Shown here: piece by piece, positions 1 through 13,724 of the stretch
How positions within the stretch are numbered: the stretch's first letter is position 1
Layout: every line of letters starts with the position of its first letter
Origin: Camelus dromedarius
Lineage: Eukaryota
Direction: 5' to 3'
Length of the DNA: 64,000 nucleotides
Assembly: GCF_036321535.1 (NCBI RefSeq)
Contig: NC_087436.1
Coordinates: 61,134,001 to 61,198,000, forward strand
Position numbers and translations under genes: made by a program
Notes under the pieces: generated by a model
The model's input: the letters and a program-made list of their open reading frames with translations, nothing else
Told to the model about the DNA's origin: nothing
Database searches by the model: none

Positions 1-160
1 TAGTAGGTATTGGAGACTAGCCCTGAATAAGTCAGACAAAAATCCCAGCCTTCATGGATCTGACATGCCAGGCTTACACAGAACCAGTGACAAATGGATC
101 TGGCACTTGAAGCAGTCAACAATCAGAATAGAAAATTAACAAAGAAGATGACATGATAGA

Positions 161-696
161 TGCTTTGGTAATTTAAAAACATGGTCACAAATTTTTTGAC
201 ACTTCTCTTATAAAAGGTAGAGCCTGATTCTTCTCATTTTGAGAATGGGCTGGCTTTGGAGATTTGCTTCTAAGGTATAGAATATGGCAGAAGTGATGCT
301 ATGTAACTTCCCAGGCTAGGCCATTAAAAGTGATAAGGCTTCTGCCTTTCCTCTTGGCCCCCTGACATGCCATGTATAAAATCTAGCTATCTGAAGCTAC
401 TATGCTGGAAAGATCATGTAGTGAGATCAGGGAGAGAGAGAAAGAAGCCTGAGGAGCCCTTGCTATTTTGGCCTCCAGTTGAGTCTTTCCATCCCAGGTG
501 TCAGACATATAAATGAGTAGGCTGGCAAATAATCCCAGCCCTCAGACTTGGACTGTTTCAGCTGATAAGTGGAGAGTGACAAGCTGTCCCCACTGTACCC
601 TGCTCAAATTGCCCCTTTGTGAGCAGGATAGGTGGTGTTATTTTAAGCCACTAAGTTTTGGCGGTAATTTGTCATGCAGCCATAATAAGTAGAACA
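161..696 (+). mobile_element. MaLR LTR (MLT1-like)
   Basis: Typical MLT1 motifs gaatatggcagaagtgatg and ttttaagccactaagttttgg..taatttgt..tgcagc, ending in aaca. Confidence 0.75.
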
Positions 697-905
697 ATAC
701 CTCAAAAGAGAATGATACAAATATCAAAAGAAAATAGAGATCCATGACAGAACTGAAGAAACCTTTGAATATTTTGCAAAAATAGCCCTCTTTATGATCA
801 TTCTGTAAAAGTCAAATGAGAAGTGATGGATCTTAAGTTGAGTTGTCGTTCAGTTCTTTTTGGGAAAAATAAATGGAACCCCCCCATATTAAGACTTAAT
901 ATTTA

Positions 906-993
906 GGGGATTGGAGGAATAGCTTAGTGGTAGAGCACATGCTTAGCATGCACGAGGTCCTGGTTTCAATCCTCAGCATCTCCATTAAAAAAA
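906..993 (+). mobile_element. tRNA-Ala(AGC)-derived SINE, Vic-1-like (camelid)
   Basis: A box TAGCTTAGTGG (920-930), anticodon loop CTTAGCAT, B-box-like GTTTCAATCC, A tail. Imperfect TSD aagacttaatattta (891-905) / aagacaatgttta (994-1006). Confidence 0.85.
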
Positions 994-3429
994 AAGACAA
1001 TGTTTAAAGATGTTTAGAACCTACATTCTGTTAAATATAAGATATGATATAGATAGTCTCTTAATATATACTTTCATTTTTCTAAATAAAGTTTTAATCA
1101 AACCCTCCCGGCCCACCATGATTTACTCTTCAAATTTGTTCTCCATGGGAAGTGGAGTCATGTTAACTGACTTTTTCTCATTACCCTGTTTTCTTAGGAT
1201 GTCTTGTAGCAGTGACAGGAAAGGAAGTGGGATTGAGGAGGAGTTTGATTTATTATTATTGTTATTATGATTGTTATGATTGTGGCTTTCCTCTGGTGAG
1301 CTCTGGAGGAAGTATGGAGCACCTTTTTAACATCAGTCTGAAGTGTAAAAAGTGAATCAGTTAAGAGGAGAAAGAGTATATGTAGGGTCGTCATTGTATT
1401 TTAGGTGTTGTAGGGTGGTATGATGGTCTTACCAGAGATTCTATAAACCTAACCAGGTTTCTGTAACAAAGTCCCTGCAATTGATTACCAAGATCTTGCC
1501 TTAGATCAGCTAGAACAGCGCAATCCATAGTTCACTTGAACAAGCTTTCACTTTGAAAACCAAGACGCACAAATATCTTGAAGAAGGTGTTACACAGAAA
1601 ATAAGGGGTCAACCATTTAAGTTTCAGTACTGAACTGCTTAGAGTTTTTGTTTTGCAGTAGGATCCCTTAGGATGAACCTGGTATTTTTGTATTGATTGC
1701 CTTTCTCTCTAATGTAGTTAGGGAGAAAAGAGAATTTTTACAGAATGTGGAATTTAGCAGAGAGAGAATGTATGAGACTGTCTGCATTTCCTCGCCTCTA
1801 GGCATGGTTTGCTCCTTGAAGGTTAGAGCCAAGGGAATTCTTTATCTTCCAACATTTTCATTTAGGGCAATCAAACACCACAATTTGCAGTCTTCAGCTT
1901 TAGGGAATCTCAGACTTCAATAAAGAGAATGGTATTTTATTATCTCCTTGAGTTGTTTTCAGAACTTTCAAAAAAAATCACACAAACACTTCTACTGGAC
2001 TGGACGACTATAAGGGGGCAGAACAAACCACTTGAGTCTAGTTTCACTTAGGAATGTAATTTTCATTGTTCAAGACACTTGTATTAAGGATACTACTACA
2101 AGTAAGGTTTTGGATTTCTTAGAAACCTCTTCTGTAAGTAGCCAGCACTTCTGTTATATTGAGTGCACAGACTGAGGAAGTGGCAAGTCAAAGGGATTGT
2201 TCATGGTAGACAAATGGAGGGCTCCAGAACTTTGTTTTTCAATTAGCCAGCACAAACCTGATCTACCCTGTATGAGATTTTTTTTTTCCCCTTCAAAAAT
2301 AAATCTGCTTCTGAAGTCTTGCCAGGGTGAAATGAACATAGAGAGATTTGCTAATGCCCTTGAATGTGCTGTCAAAGGTTTCAGTCTCAGCCACGGCTTT
2401 CTGACTGCTACATGACCATACTCAAGCTTCTAAACCCGTTTCGTCTCAGTTTTTACATCTCTCAATTGAAGGTAAGTTGTAACTGTCTTGCAGCTAGGAT
2501 CTGAAGCTTACATGAGGTGGCTTGTATAGTGGCCTCAGACAGAACCTGGCATATAGTAGATGCTGCATGAGTATTAAGTAGCAGCTTGCATGCTCCTGTG
2601 AGCCTCACCTTTCTATCTTTTTCATCACATCAGGACGTGGTGAGGATCAAATGTGTGTGACAAGGAAAAATGCAAGGGACAAATATAAGGCAAGTGGCTA
2701 TTCACTTCCATGTAGGAAATAAGGGTGTCAGCAATAGATATGAATAGGGTGCCCTGAATGAGCAGTCTCTGAGATGAACAGAAACAGCTAAGGGGCTAGG
2801 TCACTGGAAGAGTCATTCATTAGGTATTAGTACCTGGGCTTAAGGACTAATGTTTCCACCACAAATGTAGGCCCTATTATCCTTATCCTTCAGGCAGAAG
2901 AAAAAAACACTGTCACTCCTCAGAAGTGGGCTTTCCATTCTGGCACCTGTGGCAAGTTGGTAGTCCTCCTCTCACCTGAACACTCGCCAGAGCGTTTGGG
3001 CTCTCATCCCTGATTTACCTAGATCAGTCTAGCCTTAAGCCTGTCAGTGAACCCCAAGATGGCCAACCCATCTTCTTTGCTCAGGGGCTGATAACAGAAG
3101 TGAGGGTAAGATGCTGAGCAGTGAATACTCCAGGGGACCTAGATGGAAAAATGCTGAGTCACAAACCAGGTGCAAAGGGTGGGTGCTGGTGTGCAATCAA
3201 AATAACTTCTTCACTTGGCAACATAGTTCTAAACAGGACCCCCTCACAACCCTTAAATGCTACTAAATTGAGTACTGTGGTGCAGTAGAGGATGGCTAAG
3301 AAGTAGGGAGTTAAAGGTCAACCAGTTGGAGGAAGAGAGAATTTAAGTCATTAAGATTAGGTTTGTGCCCAATCTTGGGGGTAATTTGCCTGTTGCATCT
3401 AATGGAAGAGACATGAAACTGTCTTAACT

Positions 3430-3610
3430 TTGGATTCTCTCTCTTGCTCCTCTTTCTCTGACTTTGTCTCTATCTTTAGCCTTCTGTCTCTTGTCTCTGA
3501 TTCTCAGTCTGTGTTTCCTCACCTGTCTGGTTGCCTGTGTCCCATCTCTTCGCTGCCTTTCTCTTTTTCTGTCCCTGAGTCTCTCTTTCTCTTTCTTTGT
3601 GTGTTTCTTT
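3430..3610. repeat. CT-rich low-complexity polypyrimidine tract
   Basis: Degenerate (CT)n/(CTGT)n sequence. Confidence 0.8.
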
Positions 3611-3744
3611 CAGAGAGAAAGGAAGTTTTCTTTTGCACTGTTTTTTATTAGATACAAAAAATAAGTGAATAAAAGCAGTTTATCTTTATTGCCTAAATGA
3701 GAGTTGTTGGATCCCGATCATCTCCTTCTCATGTTGACAGAGAG

Positions 3745-4234
3745 TGTTACTGACCCTTTTGAGTTGCACCCCAACAAGAGTCCTTCTGTCCAGTGTTGCT
3801 TGTGCCAGTAGAATGAGATGGAGTTTGGTTCAGAAGCAAAGGAAAGTTTTATTGTTTGATCAAAGAATGGAGAGGTGCGAGCTCATGCCCTAGAGCACAC
3901 ATGCTTTCCCTGAAAGGCTGTTTGTGGGGCTGCTTTATAGGGATCTCATCAGTCGGGGGAGAGGGAGGAGGAGGGGAAGGGGTGGAGTGCTCTTGAGGCT
4001 AGCGCAGCTGTGCTGCTCGAGCTTCAGATCACAGTGCCGGGCACAGTGCCTCTGCACACAGCCCTCTGAGCTGAGGTGTCAGGTGCAGAATCTGATGTGT
4101 CTGGTGCAAGGCTTCTGCACATGGCCCCCTATAGGCAAGTGAAGCTAGACTAAGCAGAAAAGAAGAGGTTAGGCCTTATTACCTAGATTCCATCTTATTT
4201 TTCCTGGAGACACTAGTGGGCTTTGCTGGTGACA
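3745..4234 (-). mobile_element. Solo ERV LTR (490 bp), probably class I
   Basis: Termini TGTTAC...GTGACA, perfect 4-bp TSD AGAG (3741-3744, 4235-4238), AATAAA on the minus strand (tttatt 3848-3853). Confidence 0.85.
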
Positions 4235-4724
4235 AGAGTACTCCATAATGTTCTAAGCACTCTTGTCTCAACTGGCCTTAAGCACTCTTCACGGAAACTA
4301 ATCCAGGAAGAATGCAGGGTGGGAATTATTATCCTCATGCTTTAAATAGGGAAATCTCAAAGAGGTTGGAAACTTGCCTGAGGTCAGCCAGGTAGTGGGC
4401 TGGTGGCAGAGTCGAGGCTGGAGCATATGCTTCTACCAGAGGTGTCTCTCTCTCCACCACAGGGGTGGAGTCTCAGGACCAAGATGTTCCAACCTAGCCT
4501 TGTATGGTAAGATCTGGAATATAAGATCTGGGTCCAGGTTTAGGGTCAGTACTAAGGGTGCTGTGTACTCTACCTTCCAGCCTTTTTAGCTAGGTAGAGT
4601 TGATGATAAAGAACACAGGGTGGGAGTGAAGAAGTAGAAAGTGCAAAATGGAAAAATGGAACTTATATCCTATGGGAATGTGTGAAGGGGTGTGTTTAAT
4701 TTCATGCAAGCTGTAATTACATTT

Positions 4725-4915
4725 CCTGGTTTCAAATCTCAACTGAGACCACTAACTGTGTGATCTTGGGCAAGTTACTTAACCCTTCTGAGCCTCCTTT
4801 TCTTTATTTGTAATATAAGGATAATTATGTTACTTACATAGTAAGGTTGCTTGTGAATATAAAATGAGACAGTCCACACCAAAATATAGTGAAGCAAGCA
4901 CTCAGTGAAGGATGA
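4725..4915 (+). mobile_element. MIR SINE
   Basis: Core tgtgtgatcttgggcaagttacttaaccc..ctgagcctc. Confidence 0.8.
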
Positions 4916-6139
4916 TGACACCAGCCCCAGTGTTTTGTTTTGTTTTGTTTTGAACATTAGCTGGGACTAATGTTAGCTGAGACTAACCCTACAAGCTGCC
5001 TCCTGAGTCACTATATTTATTGAGTGTTTATATCAGCTAGATATGATGCCAAGTTCTGTGGAAACAAAAGTAAACTATTTTCTGATCACAGAGCTATTAT
5101 TGCCTGTTGGGTGAGACATGCCATCATGTTCCTGGGCAATTTCAGTACAGTGTGATTGATGTACGTTGAGATGAGGTAAACACAGGGTGGAATGGGAATC
5201 CAGAATGAGGCAGCTAATCAAGGCTTCCCAAATCCAGACCCTGGTGCTACTCCTTTAATTTTCAGACCCTGGGCACACACTACACAAACTCTCCTCCTTA
5301 GCAGATTTAGTAGGTAAGAATCACTGATAAGAATGGGAAGTACGGATCACCCTATGGGTCAGAAGCCTTACCTTGTAGGACAGACACCTCCACTGGAACA
5401 CACAGGCCTTCCTGGAGTTTAGAGCATTAATAAAAATGGAGACTAACCCTTTCCAGTCGTTTTGTTTGATCTTTCGTGACTTCCTCTACACAACATGCGC
5501 TGTAGGTGGAGACGTTTTAGCAGCGGGGACAGCAAGCAGCACTCACAGCTCAGGAGGGCCTCCCATCAGCACAGTTAGCATTGGCAGGCATATTCACATT
5601 TTGTGAGTAGCTACAAAAGGTATTTGCAACAGGCCTGCATCTCCCAGCTTTATCTCCATATGGGTCTCTTCTCACAATAACGTTTATAGAAGAGAAATGG
5701 CAGGGCATAGAGAAAACAAAAGCTGTGGCCTGTTCTCCAAAGACTGGGAGGACGCAGTAGAACTGCAGTTCCAGTTCCTCATGGGTAGCATCAACAGTTG
5801 TGCTGGCTGCTTCCCACCCGGTAGACAGCAGAGGGCTTTGCTGTTTAGGACAGAAATGACAGGTGTTGGGGATGCAGCATGTTCTCCTCTGCATCTCGTC
5901 ATGGTCTGCAATACAGCATCGTGCTTCTATTTTAATGTTTTCTCTTTCTTGGGAACAGGGAAATTTTCTCCCAGATTAGACCAACAGTTTAAAAAGAAAT
6001 TATTATCAGTGAAACATAATGATGTGAATACCCCTCTGTGATAAGATGAGGCTTTGCCAGGAAATTCACTGCTGTTGCTGATTTCTTTTTCACCGTTATT
6101 GATCACCACATTGTTCAACACAGTCTCAAAACATCATTC

Positions 6140-6790
6140 TTAGGTAGGATAGCAAAGTGGTTAAAAATACACACTCTAGATACTCTGGTTCTGATATTTA
6201 CCGTGTAACACTGGCCCAGCCCTTTCCCTCTCTGCTTCACTTTCTTATCTGTAAAATGGGCATAATATACTCTCTGTAAGGCTGTTGTAAGGATAATTAT
6301 TGAAAGCGGTTCCTGGCTGACACAGTGAGTTCTATAGAAGAGTTTGCTATAAGTATTACTATAAGCATACAACCAAACTTTTCATGCTAGATATTCCTTG
6401 TGGTGAATTTAAATATATTTCATGTGGCAACCAGCATGTTAGTACTGGCTCTGGGTTCAGTTGAATGGCTCTGAACCTTGGTTCAGTACTTAATAAATGT
6501 GTGACCTTGGCCAAATTATTGACCTTTTTGTGCTTCAATTTTCTTATCTATAAAATGGAGACAAATAATGCTAATTCCTTCAAAGCATTGTGGTGAGGGC
6601 TAAATGAGATAATACATGAAAAATAAGTCATGTTACTTCTCTGTGCCTCAGTTCACTTAAATGCAGAATGGGGATTATCATGGAACCTAGCTTATGGGGC
6701 TGTTTTGAGAATTGAGGATTAGACATATATATGGTGCTTAGAACAGTGCTGTAGACATGGTAAGCACACGCTACTTATTAGCCATTGTTT
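6140..6790 (+). mobile_element. Cluster of three MIR fragments
   Basis: Cores near 6240 (cttatctgtaaaatggg), 6500-6560 (tgtgtgaccttggccaaatt) and 6635-6780 (ctctgtgcctcagtt..gtgcttagaacagtgc). Confidence 0.75.
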
Positions 6791-7572
6791 GTATTAAATG
6801 ACTACCACTTCCATCGAGTCATAATATTACTACTACCATTTATTTAATGTGCATTGTACTTAAGATTCTGATATAGTGACCGACATAGTCCAACTTGTCT
6901 CACTTTGTCTTTCCTTTGGAATTGGCAGTTTTCACCCTCCCCTCCCATTTTGGCCTGTTTATCCACTCTGATTTTTTATTGACTCAATTACCACTTCCCT
7001 GAGTACTGTCTACACACACCAAGTTAATGGCATGTTATTTGCTGAGTGAGGCGTTTTCCCCATCTTGCTTCGGTCTTGGAAGTCTCTCGAGCTCCCTCCT
7101 GACATAAAGAGCTCAGGTGTAATGTTATTAAAACTCCCACTGGGCTCCTGGTGTACCTCAGTTTTGTGACTATAACTGCTTTTAAGCAATTTCAGAATGT
7201 TATTAGCCTGAGGCCTTTGCTTAGGCAGGAAGAATTAGCATTAATTAATTAATGCTCCCAGTCTTGGACGGTTTGGAACCTTTGTATGTTTTACCTTTTG
7301 TAGTGAATGTCGGAACATACAAACTCTGACTTATATAATTAATTCCTCAGCTTCCTCAAATCCTTTCTGGAAATATAATATAAAAAGAATATAAATAGTG
7401 GAGTATAAAAAGTGGACATAGTAAGCACATGCTACTCATTAGCCATTGTTTTTACTAAATGACTACCACCCCCATCGAGTCATTATAATATTACTACTAC
7501 CATTTATTTAATGTGCATTGTACTTAAGATTCTGATATAGTGACCCACATAGTCCAACTTGTCTCACTTTGT
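6751..7572 (+). repeat. Direct repeat pair of ~160 bp (6751-6908 and 7412-7572)
   Basis: Manual alignment gives 9 substitutions and one 3-nt indel. Confidence 0.95.
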
Positions 7573-7769
7573 ATTTCTCTTAAATCTTCCCTGCATCATT
7601 CATTTCTTCATTCACAATTTGAAGCATTTATTTAGTGCCTACTATATGCTAGGCATGTGGGAGGGAAGTAGAGGTGAAAATGAGAAGGCCTAGAGGAAGA
7701 GAAAGGTGTCATAGGAATGCCCAGACCCATTTCTATAGTGTAAAAAAGAATGAATAAATGAATAAGAAT

Positions 7770-7995
7770 AATAATTAACCTTTACTGAGCTCCTAATATT
7801 GGCTGTGCATGCTTTACCTTATTTAGTCCTTGAGAACAATTATCATTATGCCCATTTTCTAGAGGTGGAAGATGAGGCTTAGAGAGATCAAGCAACTCTC
7901 TCAAGATCACACTGCTGGAAAGTGGCAGAACCATCATTGAAATCTGGGCCTGTTTAGCTCAGAGCCCATGATCTTAAACAGTACACTTTGCTGCC
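7770..7995 (-). mobile_element. MIR SINE
   Basis: Reverse core cccattttctagaggtggaagatgaggcttagagag..caagatcacac. Confidence 0.75.
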
Positions 7996-8327
7996 TCAAA
8001 GTCAATGAATGATCGCTATTCGCATCCCTAAGGGACAATGAGCTGCTGAGAGGTTGTGCTGGTTCCTGTATTTCCCTGCTGAGAGGACAGCCACATCAGA
8101 TGCAGAAGAACAAGCTCCTGCCACCTCTTCATTTACCTACCTGCCAAGGGAGGCTTGTGAGTAAAACAGCCTCATCTGATGCCTTTGCTGCTTGGGACTG
8201 GTGCTTCATGGCCCAACTATGCTACTTAAAACATAACGCTGATGGTGAGAATAATAACAGCCAGTAATTATGCAGTGCTAACTAGGTTCTATTCTAAATA
8301 TTAATTTATCTAATCATCACAGTAACA

Positions 8328-8744
8328 TGCTAGTCTTAGTTTGGTTTCCCCAGAAGCCTACACTGACACTAGTATTTTAGCATCAGTAGTTTATTTGGGA
8401 GGTGAAGAGACTCCATAGGGAAATGGGGAGGCAGCCAATAAAGGATGGGCAACCAGGGCTTAATGTCCCTGGGACTCTGTGAACTGGCAGGACTGTGTGC
8501 CTAGGAATTATCTCACCAGAGGGCAAAGGGGTGTGGTACTCACACACCAACTCGTGTGTGACTTGGACTGGTTCAGGACCTCTCCTGGGGCATATTAGTT
8601 CTTTGGAACTTCTTCCCTGGCGTAGCAGAGGCAGAATGACTTTGGCTGCCAGAGAAAGCCCTCAGGCAATTGAAGGTCTGGCTGCCAGCTCCACAGTGGC
8701 AAGGCCCAAGGGCATGTGGGGAGGGCATTGACAGCTCTGCTATA
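8328..8744 (-). mobile_element. ERVL-type LTR (LTR16-like)
   Basis: gtcttagtttggtttccccagaagc..agtagtttatttgggaggtga resembles the reverse LTR16 end. It interrupts a MIR. Confidence 0.6.
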
Positions 8745-8811
8745 GTCCCAACCCCGAGGAGCCCGAGGTACAGGAGATAAGTGACTTGCCCAGGGACACA
8801 CGGCTTAGTGG

Positions 8812-9305
8812 TGTTATGGGTTGAATTATGTCCCCACCTCTACCACCCCACTTCATATGATGGTTCCCTGCCCCTGTCTGCCCTCCCTCCCCACATCACC
8901 CCAATACCACAGAATGTGACCTTACTTGAAAATAGGGTCATTGCACATGTAATTAGTTAAGATGAGGTAATTAGAGTGGGCCTCAATCCAATATGACTGT
9001 TGTCCTTATGAAAAGGGAAATTTGGGCACAGACACTTACACAGTGTCTCACAGGGAGTGCCAGGTGAAGTTGAAGGCAGAGATCAGGGTGATGCTTCTAC
9101 AAGCCAAGGAATGCCAAAGATCACCAGTGAAACACTAGAAGCTAGGTAAGAGGCATGGAACAGATTCTCTCTCACAGCCCTCAGAAGGAGCCAGCCTTGC
9201 CCACAGCTTGCTCAGACATGCAGTCTGCAGAACTGTGAAACAAGCAATTTCTGTTATTTAAGCCACATTGGTACTTTGATAGGGCAGCTCTGGCAAAGTA
9301 ATATA
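8812..9305 (+). mobile_element. MaLR LTR (MLT1B/C-like)
   Basis: Starts tgttatgggttgaatt; contains gaatgtgaccttacttgaaaatagggtc and ctacaagccaaggaatgccaa. 5-bp TSD agtgg/aatgg. Confidence 0.85.
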
Positions 9306-9489
9306 AATGGCAACTGTTACTTGTTGGTTATTGTTTCTAGCCCCAGGAGCTGTGGGTGCACTGAACATGGTGTAGGGAGAGGGAGAAAAAGGATGGGAGC
9401 TAGCAGGCACTGTCAGAATGTTATAGTCTTTCTTGCTTCCTCCTTACTTGACTCCTCCCACTTCTCTTCCTTCTCACCACCAAACATAA

Positions 9490-9700
9490 TATTAAGTGTG
9501 TTGAGCTTTTTACATGCATTTCTCCATTTAATCTCCACACAGCCTGAACTAGAAGGTAATATAGGTATCTCTGTTTTATAGACAAGGCGACTGTGGATTC
9601 AGAAAGGTTAAGTAACTTGCCTAAGGACACAAAGTCAGTCAGTGTCAAGCCAGGATGCAAACTCAGCCAGTCTGACTCTTGCTGTGCCACCTCCACCATT
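9490..9700 (-). mobile_element. MIR SINE
   Basis: aggttaagtaacttgcctaaggacaca. Confidence 0.7.
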
Positions 9701-12700
9701 GCAGTAGCCAGACTGACTCATGTCCAAAGAACAGACATCTATTTTATAGCCATCTTAGGAACCAAACAAAGATGTTGCCGGGGAGACCACAGGGAGGGAA
9801 AGAGTCTCTCAGAGAGAAGCACTAAGCAACAGAATATTAAGTGGCATTAGAGCACAAAGTCCTGAATGGATTATGTAAATACTATCTTCCATTTTGAGTA
9901 CTTAAAGTTCTTCTCCTTTTTAATATTTGTAAAGATCTGTGGAGAGGAGATGTTTTCCTCCTATCCCAGAGGTGATCTGTGAACACTCTCAGTATGGAGT
10001 TAGAGTAACTTAAGGATATGATTCTGCAGAACTGCACTTGTTCGCTGCCCCTGCCTGCCCTCCCTCCCTACTTCAGTGTCAATACTGCAAGAAATTTGGT
10101 TCTTCTGCTTTGTCATTTTTATTTTCATCCAGAAAAATGTTCTGCCATATGTCTTTTGTTCTTTTTCTGAGGCAGCTGAGAAGTTATAATTTACTGGCAT
10201 GTAGAGAAAAGTGGATTTTTTCATTGCAATTCCATTTCTCCCCTCCTTTGGGATTCTTGGGAAAACCTGATTAAAATGTCAGCCAGAAGAATGGTTAGTG
10301 ATTCTTTAAAAGGACTGATTAAACCAGGATGACCCATAGCACTAACAGGAGAAGAAAACCCTGTGGGGATCTGAGCATGTAACTTTTTAGTTATTTGAGT
10401 ATAGCAAAAAAAAAAACAAAACAAAACAAAAAAAAAACAAACCTCAGAAAGAAATAAGAAGCTTTGATAGACAGGAAGGGTGATAATAAAATTATTATTA
10501 ACAATGGTAATAATAAATTCCACTTGAGCAATTTCTGTCCTAGGCCCTGTACTATGTCCTTGTCTGTATTATCTCTAACATCTAAGCTCTTGGAGGTCGG
10601 TAGGATTGCCCCTGTTATCTGTAGAGTATAAGTCATGTGCCTGTGGTCATACAGCCAGAGCCTGTCTCCTGGGGACTGAAGTTCATACTGAGGGAGAGTC
10701 TAAAGACCCTTAATAGGAGGAGATTGTCACTCCAGGATGAGGCTGCACCACATTTGGAGAATTGATTTCTTCTACCTGGGATTTAAGCACTAACTCTTTC
10801 TGTGCTTTTCTGGTACTCAGCCGTTTTGCCCTGATCTTATACCTGCTTTCAAAATTTCTTGCTAATTTTTTCCTGTTTGAAAACTTCCCCTTTGTTAGAG
10901 GATTAAATGAGTTAATGAAACAGTAACTGGCAAAAGCTGTTAGCTGTTACTGTTATCTTTAACTGTTACTTTGATTTTATTTTGTGTTTTTATACCTTGA
11001 TGCCAATAAAGGCAACTTTCATTTATTAAAAAAAAATTCTCCCTTTGGAAAAAAGCAAATCACAAATACATACATAGAACCATGTGGTTCAGTAGAAGAG
11101 GAAGAATTTTTTTGACTTGACTACAATATTCTAATTTTGTGTTTTCTGAGAATTGGATTCTACATGTTGAGCAATCCAAAGAGGGAACATCAAAGTGGGA
11201 CCAAAACCTGTGGCCTGATACCCACTGAGGTTATTTGTGGCTCCCGCTGTATCCTATGGCTGCACTGTGGAATGGAGGCCAGCAAAGGGACAGGACCATT
11301 GTCCAATTGATTTTGGCCAGACTTATTGAGAGCCTGGCCCCAGTAACTTCTCTCTTTCTTTCTTCTGTCATTCAAGGCCCAGTCTAGTTAAACCACACAG
11401 AATATCCTCCTGTGCTAAATCTGTTCATTGTTTTCACGGCATGAAGCACTGTATTATGCTACTCTTTAATTATTTTATTTTATAGTAATAGTTTTGTCTG
11501 CACAATGGATTGTGAGCTCCATGTAGGTTCGAAGAGATCTCTCTTTACTGTGCCTGCCTTCCCTCATTCCTCCCAGCCCCTATTCTTCATCTCTGTGCTG
11601 ATGACAATGCTAGGGATATAGAAAGTGCTTAGAATCTACTATTAAATGACTGTTAACCATTTTTGTTTTAGAGTGTCAATGTCTATAGTAAAGCATGTGT
11701 CCTGTAGAGTGAAGAGGTGCTCCATTATCAGGGTGTGAGTCGGTGTGGGGAATGTGAAAGAGAAAATGTCAGGAAGAGCAGTGACCCTATAGACCACTGT
11801 TAAGCCCAGTGTTGGGAGATTCCCTTAAAAAAATCCCTTGAGGTATCCCTGCACTGACAGGGAGTAACAAACAGTGGTGATTATTGGCACCTGTTCTTAG
11901 TTGTGGTACGTCTACTGGCTCCTTCCCAAAATAGACTACATAGTGGCAACAGGGAGAATGTGTATTACCTCAAAATTTTTTGTTTGGAAATGATGAATTT
12001 CTATAAAAGGAGTGGGACAGATCTGTTCCTCCATCTAGGATGAAATAAAATGTTGTAATTGGATATCCCCATGGGTCCCCAATCTCTCTGCCAAGGAAAG
12101 CCATAAACAGGGATGAAACACCTCCTGTGCCCTGAAGAATTTCCAGGTCACCTTCAGAATTTCCTCCTTATGGAGCAGAGGACCACTCTTGTTGCCATCA
12201 TTCAGTTACCTGTAGGACTCTTGGACTGTTCACACAACTGAAGAATTACATCTTCTAGCAGAGGGTAGAGTTGGTGCAGGAAATATCAGGATCTTACTTT
12301 AGCCCACACTTAATAATAGAATCTAAAGCATGAATCTCTGTCTCTTGGATCCTGCAATTTTCTTATCTTTGTGAAAAATATAATCAAACTATTTTCTTCC
12401 CTGGAGGACAGTGACATCACTAATTTGTTTGGACCCTAGAACATGCATTCTCTGTTTTTTGGTCTTTCTACACATGCTTTCAACCTTCTTATCATACATA
12501 AATCAAGAGACTCTATAGAAGAAATTCAACTATCAGTCATTTCTTCCTCTTTTTAATCCTCCCATGTTTTTGTTTTAAAATCTACCCCAAAGGGAAGAAT
12601 TGAACTAATTTTAAGCAGACTTTTTAATGCAAAAATATACACAAGGGGAACAAAAGGGAAGAATTTAAATTACGTGAGGTGATGAATTTAATACAGTTAT

Positions 12701-13116
12701 TTGATAACACTAGCTTGTCCTGAAATTTCCCATTTGCAGTTAGATGTATGCTGCTTTTTTGTATTCAGGAGAAAATGTTATAAAATAGACTCATGGGGTC
12801 TAAAAGATTTGCATTAAAAATGAAACAAAACAAAACACCCAAACTACTGTTGCTTAATTCACTAGGCATATGGGATTGAAGATATAACCCTGGTTTCTTA
12901 AGCAACTTTGTGGTGAATCACAGAACTGTGTATTTCAGGATTGGCAGGAGCTTGTATTACTATCTAGTCCAATCACATACCCAGTGCTTGAACCTCTTCT
13001 TTGATGTCTCTACCGAAATGTCACTCAGCCTCTGCTGGAATACTTCCAAGGGTAGGCAGCTCATTACCTCCAGGGGTACTTCACTTCATATATGAAAAGA
13101 TCTGTAGGCAGTTTTT

Positions 13117-13696
13117 AAATTTTTTTGATTGAAGTATAGTTAATTTATAATGTTGTGTTAGTTTCTGGTATACAGCAAAATGATTCAGCTATACATATAT
13201 ATTCTTTTCCATTACAGTTTATTGCAAGATATTGAATATAATACCCTGTGCTATACAGTAGGACCTTGTTGTTTATCTGGTTTATATATAGTAGTTTGTG
13301 TCTGCTAATCGCAGACTCCTAATTTATCCTTCCCCCCTTTCCTCTTTGGTAACCATAGGTTTGTTTTATATGTCTGTGAGTGTATTTCTGTTGTGTAAAC
13401 AAGTTCATTTGTATTGTATTTTAGATTCTACATGTAAGTGACATCATATGATATTTGTCTTTCTGTCTTTGACTTAGTTCACTTAGTATGATAATCTCTA
13501 GGCCATCCATGTTGCTGCAAATGGCATTATTTCATTCTTTTTTGTGGCTAGGTAGTATTCCATTTTGTATGTAATACATTTTCCTTATCCATTCATCTAT
13601 CAATGGAAATTTAGATTGCTTCCATGTCTTGGCTGTTCTAAATAGTGCTTCTATTAGGGATGCATGTCAATTTTGGAATTAGAGCTTTCTCTGATA
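13117..13696 (-). mobile_element. 5'-truncated L1 (3'UTR plus end of ORF2)
   Basis: Homologous to 41400-41990. TSD taggcagttttt (13105-13116) / taggaagttttt (13697-13708). Confidence 0.9.
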
Positions 13697-13724
13697 TAGG
13701 AAGTTTTTTATATTGAACAAAAAT

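Noticed and set aside
906..985. tRNA-Ala gene
   Set aside because: Degenerate acceptor stem, A tail and TSD indicate a SINE.
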